DNA from: an uncultured Christensenella sp.
Lineage (GTDB): Bacteria; Bacillota; Clostridia; Christensenellales; Aristaeellaceae
Direction of reading: 5' to 3'
DNA length: 60,896 nucleotides
Assembly (NCBI GenBank): GCA_964648235.1
Contig: CAZYKQ010000002.1
Span: forward strand, 1 to 60,896
The translations under genes and the position numbers were made by a program. The notes under the pieces are model-generated. The model did no database searches, was not told the DNA's origin, and saw only the letters and a program-made list of their open reading frames with translations. Shown piece after piece: positions 1 through 8,097 of the stretch; positions within the stretch are counted from its first letter, which is position 1; the number at the start of each line of letters is the position of its first letter.

Positions 1-28
1 TAAAACAATAAAGAAATGGAGGAAAAGC

Positions 29-1123
29 ATGCCTACTTTATCTTATAAATGCCCCTCCTGCGGCGCGCCCCTGATTTATCAGGGGGATACGCAAACGCTT
101 AGTTGCGGCAGTTGCGGCAATTCTTTCACCGGGGAAACTGTCCGCAAGGTATCCGAAATTGAAAATAATCAAGGCAAGGATAGTACTAACTGGGAAATGC
201 GTGATACAGAGTTTTCTCAGCATGAAGCGGCGCATACACGGACCTACTCCTGCACATCATGCGGTGCTGAACTGGTCACAGAAGAAACAACTGTTGCCAC
301 CAACTGCGCTTTCTGCGGCAGCCCTTCCATCATACCCGCTCAGTTTACGCCGGGCACCAGGCCTAAAAAAGTCATCCCTTTTCTTGTCAAAAAAGAAGAA
401 GCCGAGAAAGCCTTCCACAACTATTTCAAGGGCAAAAGAATGTTGCCGGATGCTTTTGTTAAGGGAAGGAATCAAATCAATCAGATTATGCAACTTTATG
501 TCCCTTATTGGCTGTTCAACTGTACTGCTGACGCTGATATGACCTTCAATGGCACCCGTGTCAATACTCGCCGTTCCGGTCAATACATGGAAACCATCAC
601 ACAGCATTTTTTGATACGCAGAGCAGGGACGCTTGATTTTAACGATCTGCCTATAGACGCCAATAGCCGCATAGAAAATGATATCACCGAGACCTTGGAA
701 CCTTATAGAACTGAGGCTGCCATCAGTTTCTCACCGGAGGTTCTGTCGGGGGCCATGGCAAACCGGGCTGATGTCAGTCCGGAGGAATGTAAACGCAGAG
801 CAGATCAGCGGATCAGCGCTACCACTCAAAACATGATGCGGGATACCATACAGGGCTATACCTCTGTGACTCAGCGCAGCAGCAGGTTGAACATCCCTCA
901 GGGGAGCTCTGATCCCGTTCTATTTCCAATGTGGCAAATCACTACCATTAAAGAAGGGAAGCCTTATACATTCGCAATTAATGGGCAGACTGGCAAGCTG
1001 ACTACTAATATTCCATATTCAAAAAGCAAATTCTTTGGCTGGGCATTGAGTATCGCGGCAAGCGTCGCTGCTGTCGCTTATGTCGGAGCGGTTATTCTGT
1101 ATCGGCTGGGGGTGTTGAAATAA
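29..1123 (+). CDS. Tail-anchored double zinc-ribbon protein, function unknown
   Basis: GGAGG at 18-22 precedes ATG 29. Two CxxC-x14-CxxC pairs (C8/C11/C26/C29 and C75/C78/C93/C96). Single C-terminal hydrophobic helix (FFGWALSIAASVAAVAYVGAVILY). Central ~230 aa not assignable by eye. Confidence 0.75.
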   Translation: MPTLSYKCPSCGAPLIYQGDTQTLSCGSCGNSFTGETVRKVSEIENNQGKDSTNWEMRDTEFSQHEAAHTRTYSCTSCGAELVTEETTVATNCAFCGSPSIIPAQFTPGTRPKKVIPFLVKKEEAEKAFHNYFKGKRMLPDAFVKGRNQINQIMQLYVPYWLFNCTADADMTFNGTRVNTRRSGQYMETITQHFLIRRAGTLDFNDLPIDANSRIENDITETLEPYRTEAAISFSPEVLSGAMANRADVSPEECKRRADQRISATTQNMMRDTIQGYTSVTQRSSRLNIPQGSSDPVLFPMWQITTIKEGKPYTFAINGQTGKLTTNIPYSKSKFFGWALSIAASVAAVAYVGAVILYRLGVLK

Positions 1124-1950
1124 TGAAAAAGTTTTGTCTTTTATTGGGCATGATGATCTTTCTGATGGCTCCGGTTGCACAGGCTCAAGTGATGCAGCAT
1201 GTCATTGATCAGGCTAATACATTCTCAGATTATGAGGTTGTTGAACTCGAAGATCGGATGCAGAAAATTTATGATACTTATGGTTTTGATACTGTCATTG
1301 TGACAACCAGAGACTCCCGAGGGCAAAGTGCTCAGATGTATGCTGCGGATTTCTATGATGAGTTTCGCGACTACAAGGATTATCCTGAAGGCTTAATCTT
1401 CTCTTTCAATTTTGATATCAAGGAGTACTATGAGGCCGCCCGCGGAATGGGTATGGTGCTGTTTTCAGATCAGGGCGGGGATGCCCTCGATACCCTTCTG
1501 CGTCCCTTCTTTGATAAGTCAGATTATTATGGCGCAATGACCGCTTACTTGAATTACATTGAAAAAACACTGTCACGTCACAGCACTCAAGGGGAGGATG
1601 GCAGAATGGTTTTAAGTACCACACGTCGTTTGCCTACCCTTTCAGAATCAATCAATGAGTCTGCCGGCTATCTTCCCTTCCTGCTGATCGGCGGTTTGGT
1701 CATTGGGTTCATATCTGCTTTTATGATGAAAGGAAAGATGAACTTAGCCCGGCCACAAAGCAGCGCACATAGCTATACTTCCCCTGGCTCGCTTAAATTA
1801 CACGATACCAGCGAGATTTATCTCTATCAAACGGTAACCCGCACCAAGGTTCAAAGTGATAATTCCGGCAGCGGAGGAAGCAGCGGCGGCGGTACGCGCT
1901 TTAGTAGCAGCAGCGGCAACTCATATGGTGGCCGCGGCGGAAAGTTATAA
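1123..1950 (+). CDS. TPM-domain (YgcG/TLP18.3-like) membrane protein
   Basis: Signal peptide ending AQA-QV, TPM-like core (VIDQANTFSDYEVVELEDRMQKIYDTYGFDTVIVTT), one TM helix, Gly/Ser-rich tail (SGSGGSSGGG...GGRGG). ATG overlaps upstream TAA (TAATG 1121-1125). Confidence 0.85.
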   Translation: MKKFCLLLGMMIFLMAPVAQAQVMQHVIDQANTFSDYEVVELEDRMQKIYDTYGFDTVIVTTRDSRGQSAQMYAADFYDEFRDYKDYPEGLIFSFNFDIKEYYEAARGMGMVLFSDQGGDALDTLLRPFFDKSDYYGAMTAYLNYIEKTLSRHSTQGEDGRMVLSTTRRLPTLSESINESAGYLPFLLIGGLVIGFISAFMMKGKMNLARPQSSAHSYTSPGSLKLHDTSEIYLYQTVTRTKVQSDNSGSGGSSGGGTRFSSSSGNSYGGRGGKL

Positions 1951-1962
1951 CTAGAAACATAT

Positions 1963-4230
1963 ATGAATTTAGACCAGTTATTAGATTATCTGCGGCATGA
2001 TCCAGCATTTATGGCTTGTGTCAGCAACTGGGAAGTTCTTCCCTCAAAGGAAGCATGCTATGGTGAAACGCCTCCTTCCATGGATAACCAAATGCTTCAG
2101 GCTTTGGAAAAACGGGGAATCCGCCGCCTCTATGCGCATCAAAGCAATGCTATCGAAGCTTCTTCACAGGGAAAGGACATCGTTGTCGTCACTCCTACAG
2201 CGTCTGGCAAAACGATGTGTTATAATATCCCCGTTCTGTCTGCGATTATTAAGAATCCTGACGCCCGTGCATTGTATCTCTTTCCCACCAAAGCTCTGTC
2301 AGCCGATCAGGTTGCAGAACTTTATGATTTGATTTCTTATCTGGATGTAGATATTAAAACCTTCACCTATGACGGGGACACGCCCGTTGCCGCCCGGCGT
2401 TCCATTAGGCAAGCCGGGCATATTGTTGTGACTAATCCGGATATGCTCCATTCAAACATATTGCCTCATCACACAAAATGGGTTAAATTATTCGAAAATC
2501 TTGAGTACATCATCATTGATGAGCTTCATGCCTATCGCGGCATCTTCGGCAGCAACTTAGCCAATGTATTGCGTCGTCTATTGCGTCTTTGCTCTTTTTA
2601 CGGCAGCAATCCAAAGTTTATCCTGTGCAGTGCAACAATAGCCAATCCACAGGAATTGGCGCAAACACTGATTGGCAGGGACGTTGATCTCATTGAAAAC
2701 AATGGCGCGCCGATGGGCGAGAAACACATTATTTTTTATAATCCTCCCGTGATCAACAGGCATCTGGGTATCAGAAAAAATGCCCTTCACCAGACCAGAA
2801 TGCTGGCAGCAATGTTGCTAAATCACAAAATTCAGAGCATTGTTTTTGCCAAAAGCCGGGTACAGGTGGAAGTGCTTACAAAGAGCCTAAAGGAACAGAT
2901 CAGTGACCAATTAGGACAATCTGCCCGGGTACGCGGCTATCGAGGTGGATATCTGCCCGGCGAGCGGCGTGATATTGAGCGCAGTCTGAGAAACGGCCAA
3001 GTGGATATGGTGATCTCTACCAATGCGCTGGAGTTGGGAATTGATATCGGCGCGCTTGATGCCTGCCTTTTGTGCGGATATCCCGGTACCATAGCAAGCA
3101 CTTGGCAGCAAGCCGGTCGAGCCGGGCGTCGTCAGGGCAAGTCTTTGACCATTATGGTGGCTTCCAGCACTGCGATTGATCAATACATAATAAATCACTC
3201 GGAGTATTTTTTCAGTCAATCACCCGAGCATGCGCTGCTCAACCCAAATAATCTATACATTATGCTCAACCATTTTAAATGCGCTGCCTATGAACTGCCA
3301 TTTAAAGATGGAGATCCCTTTGGCAACGCACCAGGTGTTGAGAGCATGCTTGAATTCCTGCAGGAATCCAATATACTGCGCCGTGTCAACGATGTATGGT
3401 ACTGGGCTGCGGAAGACTTTCCTGCCAGCGAAATTAGTTTGCGCAGCGCGATGACAGAAAATTTTCTGATCATGGACATCACGGATCCCTCTCGTGTGCG
3501 AGTAGTGGGCGAAATGGATCGCTTTACCGTTCCAATGTTGTTGCACGAGAACGCTATCTATCTGCACGAAGGTGTACAGTACCAGGTTGAAACGCTGGAT
3601 TTCGACGCATGCAAAGCTTTTATCCGCCGGGTAAGTGTTGATTATTATACAGATGCGGATTTAAACATCAGCCTCAGCCTGTTGAATGTTGAACTTGAGA
3701 GTAAAAACGCCTCCTTTGGAGAGATTAAAGTCAGCTCGCTGGTTAAAATATTCAAAAAAATGAAATTCGATACAGGCGAAAGCCTGGGTTACGGTCCGGT
3801 GCGCCTTCCAGAAACAGATATGCACACTCAAGCCATGTGGCTGACGCTGCGGGACGAAACCATCATAAAATATGGCAAGGATAGTCTGCAAAACGGTATG
3901 CTTGGCATCTCCAACACACTGCGTATTGTAGCCCCCTTATACCTGATGTGTTCACCACAAGATATAGCAGTCATCTATCAGGTTAAAAGTCCAATCACTG
4001 ATCAGCCAACACTGATTATTTACGATAACAGCCCCGGCGGAATTGGCTTGGCGGAAAAGGCCTATCATATGCGCGACACCTTATTAAGGCATGCCAAACA
4101 GTTGATTATGCAATGCGGTTGTGAGCAGGGGTGCCCCTCCTGCGTCGGCCCTGAAAACCAGGTCGGCGCAGACGGAAAAAAAACAGCCATTAAACTTCTT
4201 GAGGAAGTGATTCAATATGACCATACATGA
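1963..4230 (+). CDS. mrfA: DEAD/DEAH-box helicase with C-terminal DUF1998 Cys module (YprA/MrfA family)
   Basis: Helicase motifs TPTASGKT, DELH, SAT, QQAGRAGR. C-terminal CGCEQGCPSCVGP cluster. 755 aa, same architecture as B. subtilis YprA/MrfA. Confidence 0.85.
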   Translation: MNLDQLLDYLRHDPAFMACVSNWEVLPSKEACYGETPPSMDNQMLQALEKRGIRRLYAHQSNAIEASSQGKDIVVVTPTASGKTMCYNIPVLSAIIKNPDARALYLFPTKALSADQVAELYDLISYLDVDIKTFTYDGDTPVAARRSIRQAGHIVVTNPDMLHSNILPHHTKWVKLFENLEYIIIDELHAYRGIFGSNLANVLRRLLRLCSFYGSNPKFILCSATIANPQELAQTLIGRDVDLIENNGAPMGEKHIIFYNPPVINRHLGIRKNALHQTRMLAAMLLNHKIQSIVFAKSRVQVEVLTKSLKEQISDQLGQSARVRGYRGGYLPGERRDIERSLRNGQVDMVISTNALELGIDIGALDACLLCGYPGTIASTWQQAGRAGRRQGKSLTIMVASSTAIDQYIINHSEYFFSQSPEHALLNPNNLYIMLNHFKCAAYELPFKDGDPFGNAPGVESMLEFLQESNILRRVNDVWYWAAEDFPASEISLRSAMTENFLIMDITDPSRVRVVGEMDRFTVPMLLHENAIYLHEGVQYQVETLDFDACKAFIRRVSVDYYTDADLNISLSLLNVELESKNASFGEIKVSSLVKIFKKMKFDTGESLGYGPVRLPETDMHTQAMWLTLRDETIIKYGKDSLQNGMLGISNTLRIVAPLYLMCSPQDIAVIYQVKSPITDQPTLIIYDNSPGGIGLAEKAYHMRDTLLRHAKQLIMQCGCEQGCPSCVGPENQVGADGKKTAIKLLEEVIQYDHT

Positions 4231-5617
4231 GATCATTGACCTGCAGCGTCGCTCTTTTGCCCAAGAGCATTCGGATGCTCTATTGACACCTGATTCCAAG
4301 GCTGCTTTTCACACTGACTTTCGTCAACGAAGGGATCTGCTAATCAGGCTACAACAGACGATCCTTGAACGTGAGCAGGAGGTTCAGCAGGCCTTATACG
4401 CCGATCTGGCTAAATCTCCCACCGAAAGCTATATGACTGAGACCGGGGTCGTGCTGGCAGAAATCAGTTATGTCCTTAAACATCTGAAAAAGTGGATGCG
4501 ACCGCAGCGCGTACGCGCATCCTTGTCTACCTTCCCCGGAAGGAATCGCATTTATCCCGAACCCTATGGTCTGACACTCATTTTCTCTCCCTGGAATTAT
4601 CCATTTCAGCTGAGTATTCTTCCCCTGATTGGAGCAATCGCGGCGGGAAACCGATGTATCCTTAAACCCAGTGAGCACGCTCCCGCTACCGCAGGCCTGC
4701 TGGAAGATATGATCAGGCGCTGGGCGACACCAGAACAAGTAGCCGTTATTAACGGCGGCGTTGAGATAAGCGAAGCTTTGCTTGATGAGCGGTTTGATTA
4801 TATCTTCTTTACCGGCAGTCCTCAGACCGGCCGTAAGGTTATGAAAAAGGCTGCTGAAAACCTGACTCCGCTGACCCTTGAACTTGGGGGTAAAAGTCCC
4901 TGTATTGTGGAGGCAGACGCAGATTTGGATCTGGCCGCCAAGCGCATTGCGTTTGGCAAAGGGATCAACGCCGGACAGACCTGTGTTGCCCCCGATTATC
5001 TTCTGGTGCATGAAAGCATTAAGGACAGACTGCTCTCGTTAATACAAAATTACTGGCTTCATTTCTACGGAGAACATCCTTTGCGTTCACCCGACTGGCC
5101 TAAAATCATTAATAAGCGTCACTATGACCGCCTGATGGATCTTCTTTTTGATGAGCCCGTCTATGCAGGCGGATACGGTAACGGGGAAAAAATTGTGCCC
5201 ACCCTGCTTGACGGAGTTGGCTGGGATTCTCCTGTCATGCAGGAAGAGATATTCGGTCCTATTCTGCCCGTGATCACCTTTCATTCTCTTAAAGAAACCG
5301 TAGCAGAAATCAACCGGAGGGAGCGCCCCTTAGCCTGCTATATTTTTACAGATAATGAAGATCAGGCTCATGCCTTGCTACGTGCGATATCCTTTGGCGG
5401 TGGCTGTATAAACGATACGCTGGTTCATTTGACTAATCCCCGGCTTCCCTTTGGCGGTGTGGGCAGCAGCGGTATGGGGAGTTATCATGGCAAGAAAAGT
5501 TTTGATGCCTTTACGCACTATAAGAGTATTTTGCATAAGGGAAAAGCAGATATCCCCTTCCGCTATCCGCCTTACAGCGAGTACAAGACCACCATGTTGA
5601 AGCAATTCATGAAATGA
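4217..5617 (+). CDS. NAD(P)-dependent aldehyde dehydrogenase (class-3-like)
   Basis: LELGGKSP, catalytic GQTCVAPDY, FGGVGSSGMGSYHG. GAGGAAG RBS at 4201-4207. Overlaps helicase stop by 14 nt. Confidence 0.9.
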   Translation: MTIHEIIDLQRRSFAQEHSDALLTPDSKAAFHTDFRQRRDLLIRLQQTILEREQEVQQALYADLAKSPTESYMTETGVVLAEISYVLKHLKKWMRPQRVRASLSTFPGRNRIYPEPYGLTLIFSPWNYPFQLSILPLIGAIAAGNRCILKPSEHAPATAGLLEDMIRRWATPEQVAVINGGVEISEALLDERFDYIFFTGSPQTGRKVMKKAAENLTPLTLELGGKSPCIVEADADLDLAAKRIAFGKGINAGQTCVAPDYLLVHESIKDRLLSLIQNYWLHFYGEHPLRSPDWPKIINKRHYDRLMDLLFDEPVYAGGYGNGEKIVPTLLDGVGWDSPVMQEEIFGPILPVITFHSLKETVAEINRRERPLACYIFTDNEDQAHALLRAISFGGGCINDTLVHLTNPRLPFGGVGSSGMGSYHGKKSFDAFTHYKSILHKGKADIPFRYPPYSEYKTTMLKQFMK

Positions 5618-5626
5618 GGCAAGTCG

Positions 5627-6355
5627 ATGCCAAGCCTTGAAACCTATCACAAGGGACTGGATTACTCTTATGCGCCCGGTCTGTTCCCCTGCATGGAAGC
5701 CCTTCAAAAACGGCCTGATCTGATTATGCGTGTGCTGATCAGCAGCAAGCTTTCAGACACACAGCCGGCCAAAGAGCTTTTAAAGTTATGTGAAAGCAAT
5801 AAGATTCGCATTGAAGTAGCGGATCGCATATTGGCTCGTCTTTCTGGGAAAGAAAATGTATTCGCAACCGCTGTTTTCCATAAGGAGGATGGAAACCTTT
5901 CGAAGGAACAAAAGCATCTTGTCCTTCACCATCCGGGAGATAAAGGCAACCTTGGAACCATGTTACGCACAGCTCTCGGCTTTGGCTTTATGGATATTGC
6001 AATCATTCGCCCGGCTGCAGATCACTTTGATCCTCACGTCATCCGGGCAAGCATGGGAGCGCTATTCTCACTTCGTATCAAAGTTTTTGATCATTTCGAA
6101 AACTATCAGGTTCAGTACCCGCACCATGACATTTTCCCCTTTATGTTGACAGGCGCAGTCAGCCCGGAGGAAGCTGTTTGTCAAGTCAAAGGCCCTTATT
6201 CGCTGATTATGGGGAATGAAGGAAGCGGGCTTCCCGAAGCATTTGCTTCTCTCGGGCAGGCTGTTCGAATCCCACACAGTTCGGACATTGACTCGCTCAA
6301 CCTATCCATCGCCGCCGGTATTGGCATGTATGTTTTTTCAAAACCAACGCTATAA
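5627..6355 (+). CDS. TrmH/SpoU-family RNA 2'-O-methyltransferase
   Basis: SpoU-type C-terminal motifs (LIMGNEGSGLP, IPHSSDIDSLNLSIAAGIGMY). Confidence 0.85.
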   Translation: MPSLETYHKGLDYSYAPGLFPCMEALQKRPDLIMRVLISSKLSDTQPAKELLKLCESNKIRIEVADRILARLSGKENVFATAVFHKEDGNLSKEQKHLVLHHPGDKGNLGTMLRTALGFGFMDIAIIRPAADHFDPHVIRASMGALFSLRIKVFDHFENYQVQYPHHDIFPFMLTGAVSPEEAVCQVKGPYSLIMGNEGSGLPEAFASLGQAVRIPHSSDIDSLNLSIAAGIGMYVFSKPTL

Positions 6356-7048
6356 TGGGTTTTTCTTCGCAATCCCTGCCTTTCTCGGATAAAGCGAAGG
6401 TGTCGGCGCAGTTTTAATCACTGCCTGCACGCTATGTTCTAGGCCCGGCAAATCAAGAGGAATCCGTTCAGCCAGTTTTCCTTTCAACAGGAATAAAGCG
6501 CTTTTTAAATCAGAAAGCTCATCATTCAGTCCGGGCCCCTTCCAACAAAGGGCTTGACCGCCCACTTTGACAAAAGGAAGAAGATATTCAAGCAGTATGC
6601 GCATAGGCGCTACTGCCCTGGCTACCGCAATATCAAAGCTGTCCCGCCATCTGCCTCTGGCAGCATCCTCTGCTCGCGCATGAAGTACAGTTACGTTCTT
6701 CAAATCAAGTTCCCGCGCGACAGAGGTTAGAAACTCGCACCGTTTATTCAGCGAATCTAGCAGCAAAATCTCCATATCAGGCCGCATGATACCGATGGCC
6801 ATGCCGGGGAAACCGGCCCCTGATCCGACATCTATCATGCTGCTTCCCTCAGCAAACCACTCAGCATGTTTAAGTGGAACAAGTGAATCTGCATAATGAC
6901 GAAGTGGCATTTCTTTAGGCGGCACGTTGGTCAGATCCATCTTGTCGTTCCATGCTATAAGAAGCTCATGATAAGCCTGTATTTTATCGGTATATCCATC
7001 CAGCTCTATTCCATATGCGGCTAATAGTTCTCCCAATTGTCCTGTCAC
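6350..7048 (-). CDS. rsmG: 16S rRNA m7G527 methyltransferase RsmG (GidB)
   Basis: SAM motif DVGSGAGFPG. Position after holA. ORF extends to GTG 7057, but GTG 7048 sits 8 nt after AAGGAG and forms a GTGA overlap with the holA stop, so 7048 is preferred. Confidence 0.85.
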   Translation of the reverse strand: MTGQLGELLAAYGIELDGYTDKIQAYHELLIAWNDKMDLTNVPPKEMPLRHYADSLVPLKHAEWFAEGSSMIDVGSGAGFPGMAIGIMRPDMEILLLDSLNKRCEFLTSVARELDLKNVTVLHARAEDAARGRWRDSFDIAVARAVAPMRILLEYLLPFVKVGGQALCWKGPGLNDELSDLKSALFLLKGKLAERIPLDLPGLEHSVQAVIKTAPTPSLYPRKAGIAKKNPL

Positions 7049-8097
7049 GACACACACTCCTTCATACGCCTGGCAAGAAGTCTGTAAACCGCTTGCTCAA
7101 GCGATCCCTCCTCCGGTATCTGACCCGACTTGACTAAAAACTCTGTATCCGTCAAGAGGTTTTGAGCCCAATACAGCTCATCCATCGAGTAACTCTGGGT
7201 CAGGGGCTGCAACTTACGGGCAACAAATGGAGATAAAGAAAGTTGTCTTGCTATTGTATCGGATGGTATTCTGTCTGCCGACAGTATTTTGATTAAAAGC
7301 AACTGCCTGTATTGTCGTTGCAGTAAACTGAGCAGCATCATACGCTGCTCTCCCCCTTGAAGCATATCCGCCATTAGGCGGCTTGCCAATGAAGCATTGC
7401 CCTTGACCATGGCATCGGATAGATCAAACACTCTGTATTCCGTTGTTTTGATACAGACCGCGTCAATATCCTCTGTTGTAATGATCGTATTACCTTCCGT
7501 ATAGGCAACAAGTTTTCCCAGTTCATTTGAAAGCACATGCATGTCCTGCCCAACCGAAAAAATCAGCTGTTCAACCGTGTGGCGGTCAATTTGTTTGTTG
7601 TAGATTTTCAACTCTCTGGCTATCCACTTGACCAGGGTGTTTTGATCCAAAACATCAAAACTGACAACGCCTCCCTGACGGTTGATCTGTTTATACAGCT
7701 TTCGGGCAGCGTTTGCTTTTCCTTTAAGATAAAAAACAAGGCAGACAGTGGCTGGTAAACGGGCTATATAATCGGCCATCCGATCACCCGCATTATTCCT
7801 TCCAGACTCTTTTTCTTCTCCGTTTTGATTCTTTCCTCCTTGAAGAAGAGAACATTCCTTCACAAGCACAAACCGTCGCTCTGCCATCATTGGCAGAGTT
7901 TCCGCACACGCAACAAGAGTATCCGCATCAGGATCGATAAGTGTTGTTGAGTTCAGCCCGGTCAGATCATCCTTCAGCACAGCGGTACGCAGGGCACGCA
8001 GAGCACTTTCTTTTGTATATTCCTCTTCCCCTTCAAACAAATAGCAGGGTAGTAAATCTTGTGTTCGTAATGAAGTGTAAAAGCTTTCCCGGTTCAT
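7045..8097 (-). CDS. holA: DNA polymerase III delta subunit
   Basis: About 350 aa with delta-subunit-like N-terminus (LPCYLFEGEEEY). Conserved position directly after comEC. ATG overlaps comEC TAA (TAATG). Confidence 0.85.
   Translation of the reverse strand: MNRESFYTSLRTQDLLPCYLFEGEEEYTKESALRALRTAVLKDDLTGLNSTTLIDPDADTLVACAETLPMMAERRFVLVKECSLLQGGKNQNGEEKESGRNNAGDRMADYIARLPATVCLVFYLKGKANAARKLYKQINRQGGVVSFDVLDQNTLVKWIARELKIYNKQIDRHTVEQLIFSVGQDMHVLSNELGKLVAYTEGNTIITTEDIDAVCIKTTEYRVFDLSDAMVKGNASLASRLMADMLQGGEQRMMLLSLLQRQYRQLLLIKILSADRIPSDTIARQLSLSPFVARKLQPLTQSYSMDELYWAQNLLTDTEFLVKSGQIPEEGSLEQAVYRLLARRMKECVS

Noticed and set aside
1963-4230. Helicase plus DUF1998 as a DISARM/Druantia-like anti-phage component.
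   Set aside because: Helicase and DUF1998 are fused in one 755-aa protein exactly as in housekeeping YprA/MrfA. No methyltransferase, PLD nuclease or other defence partners are adjacent, and the flanking genes are metabolic or housekeeping.
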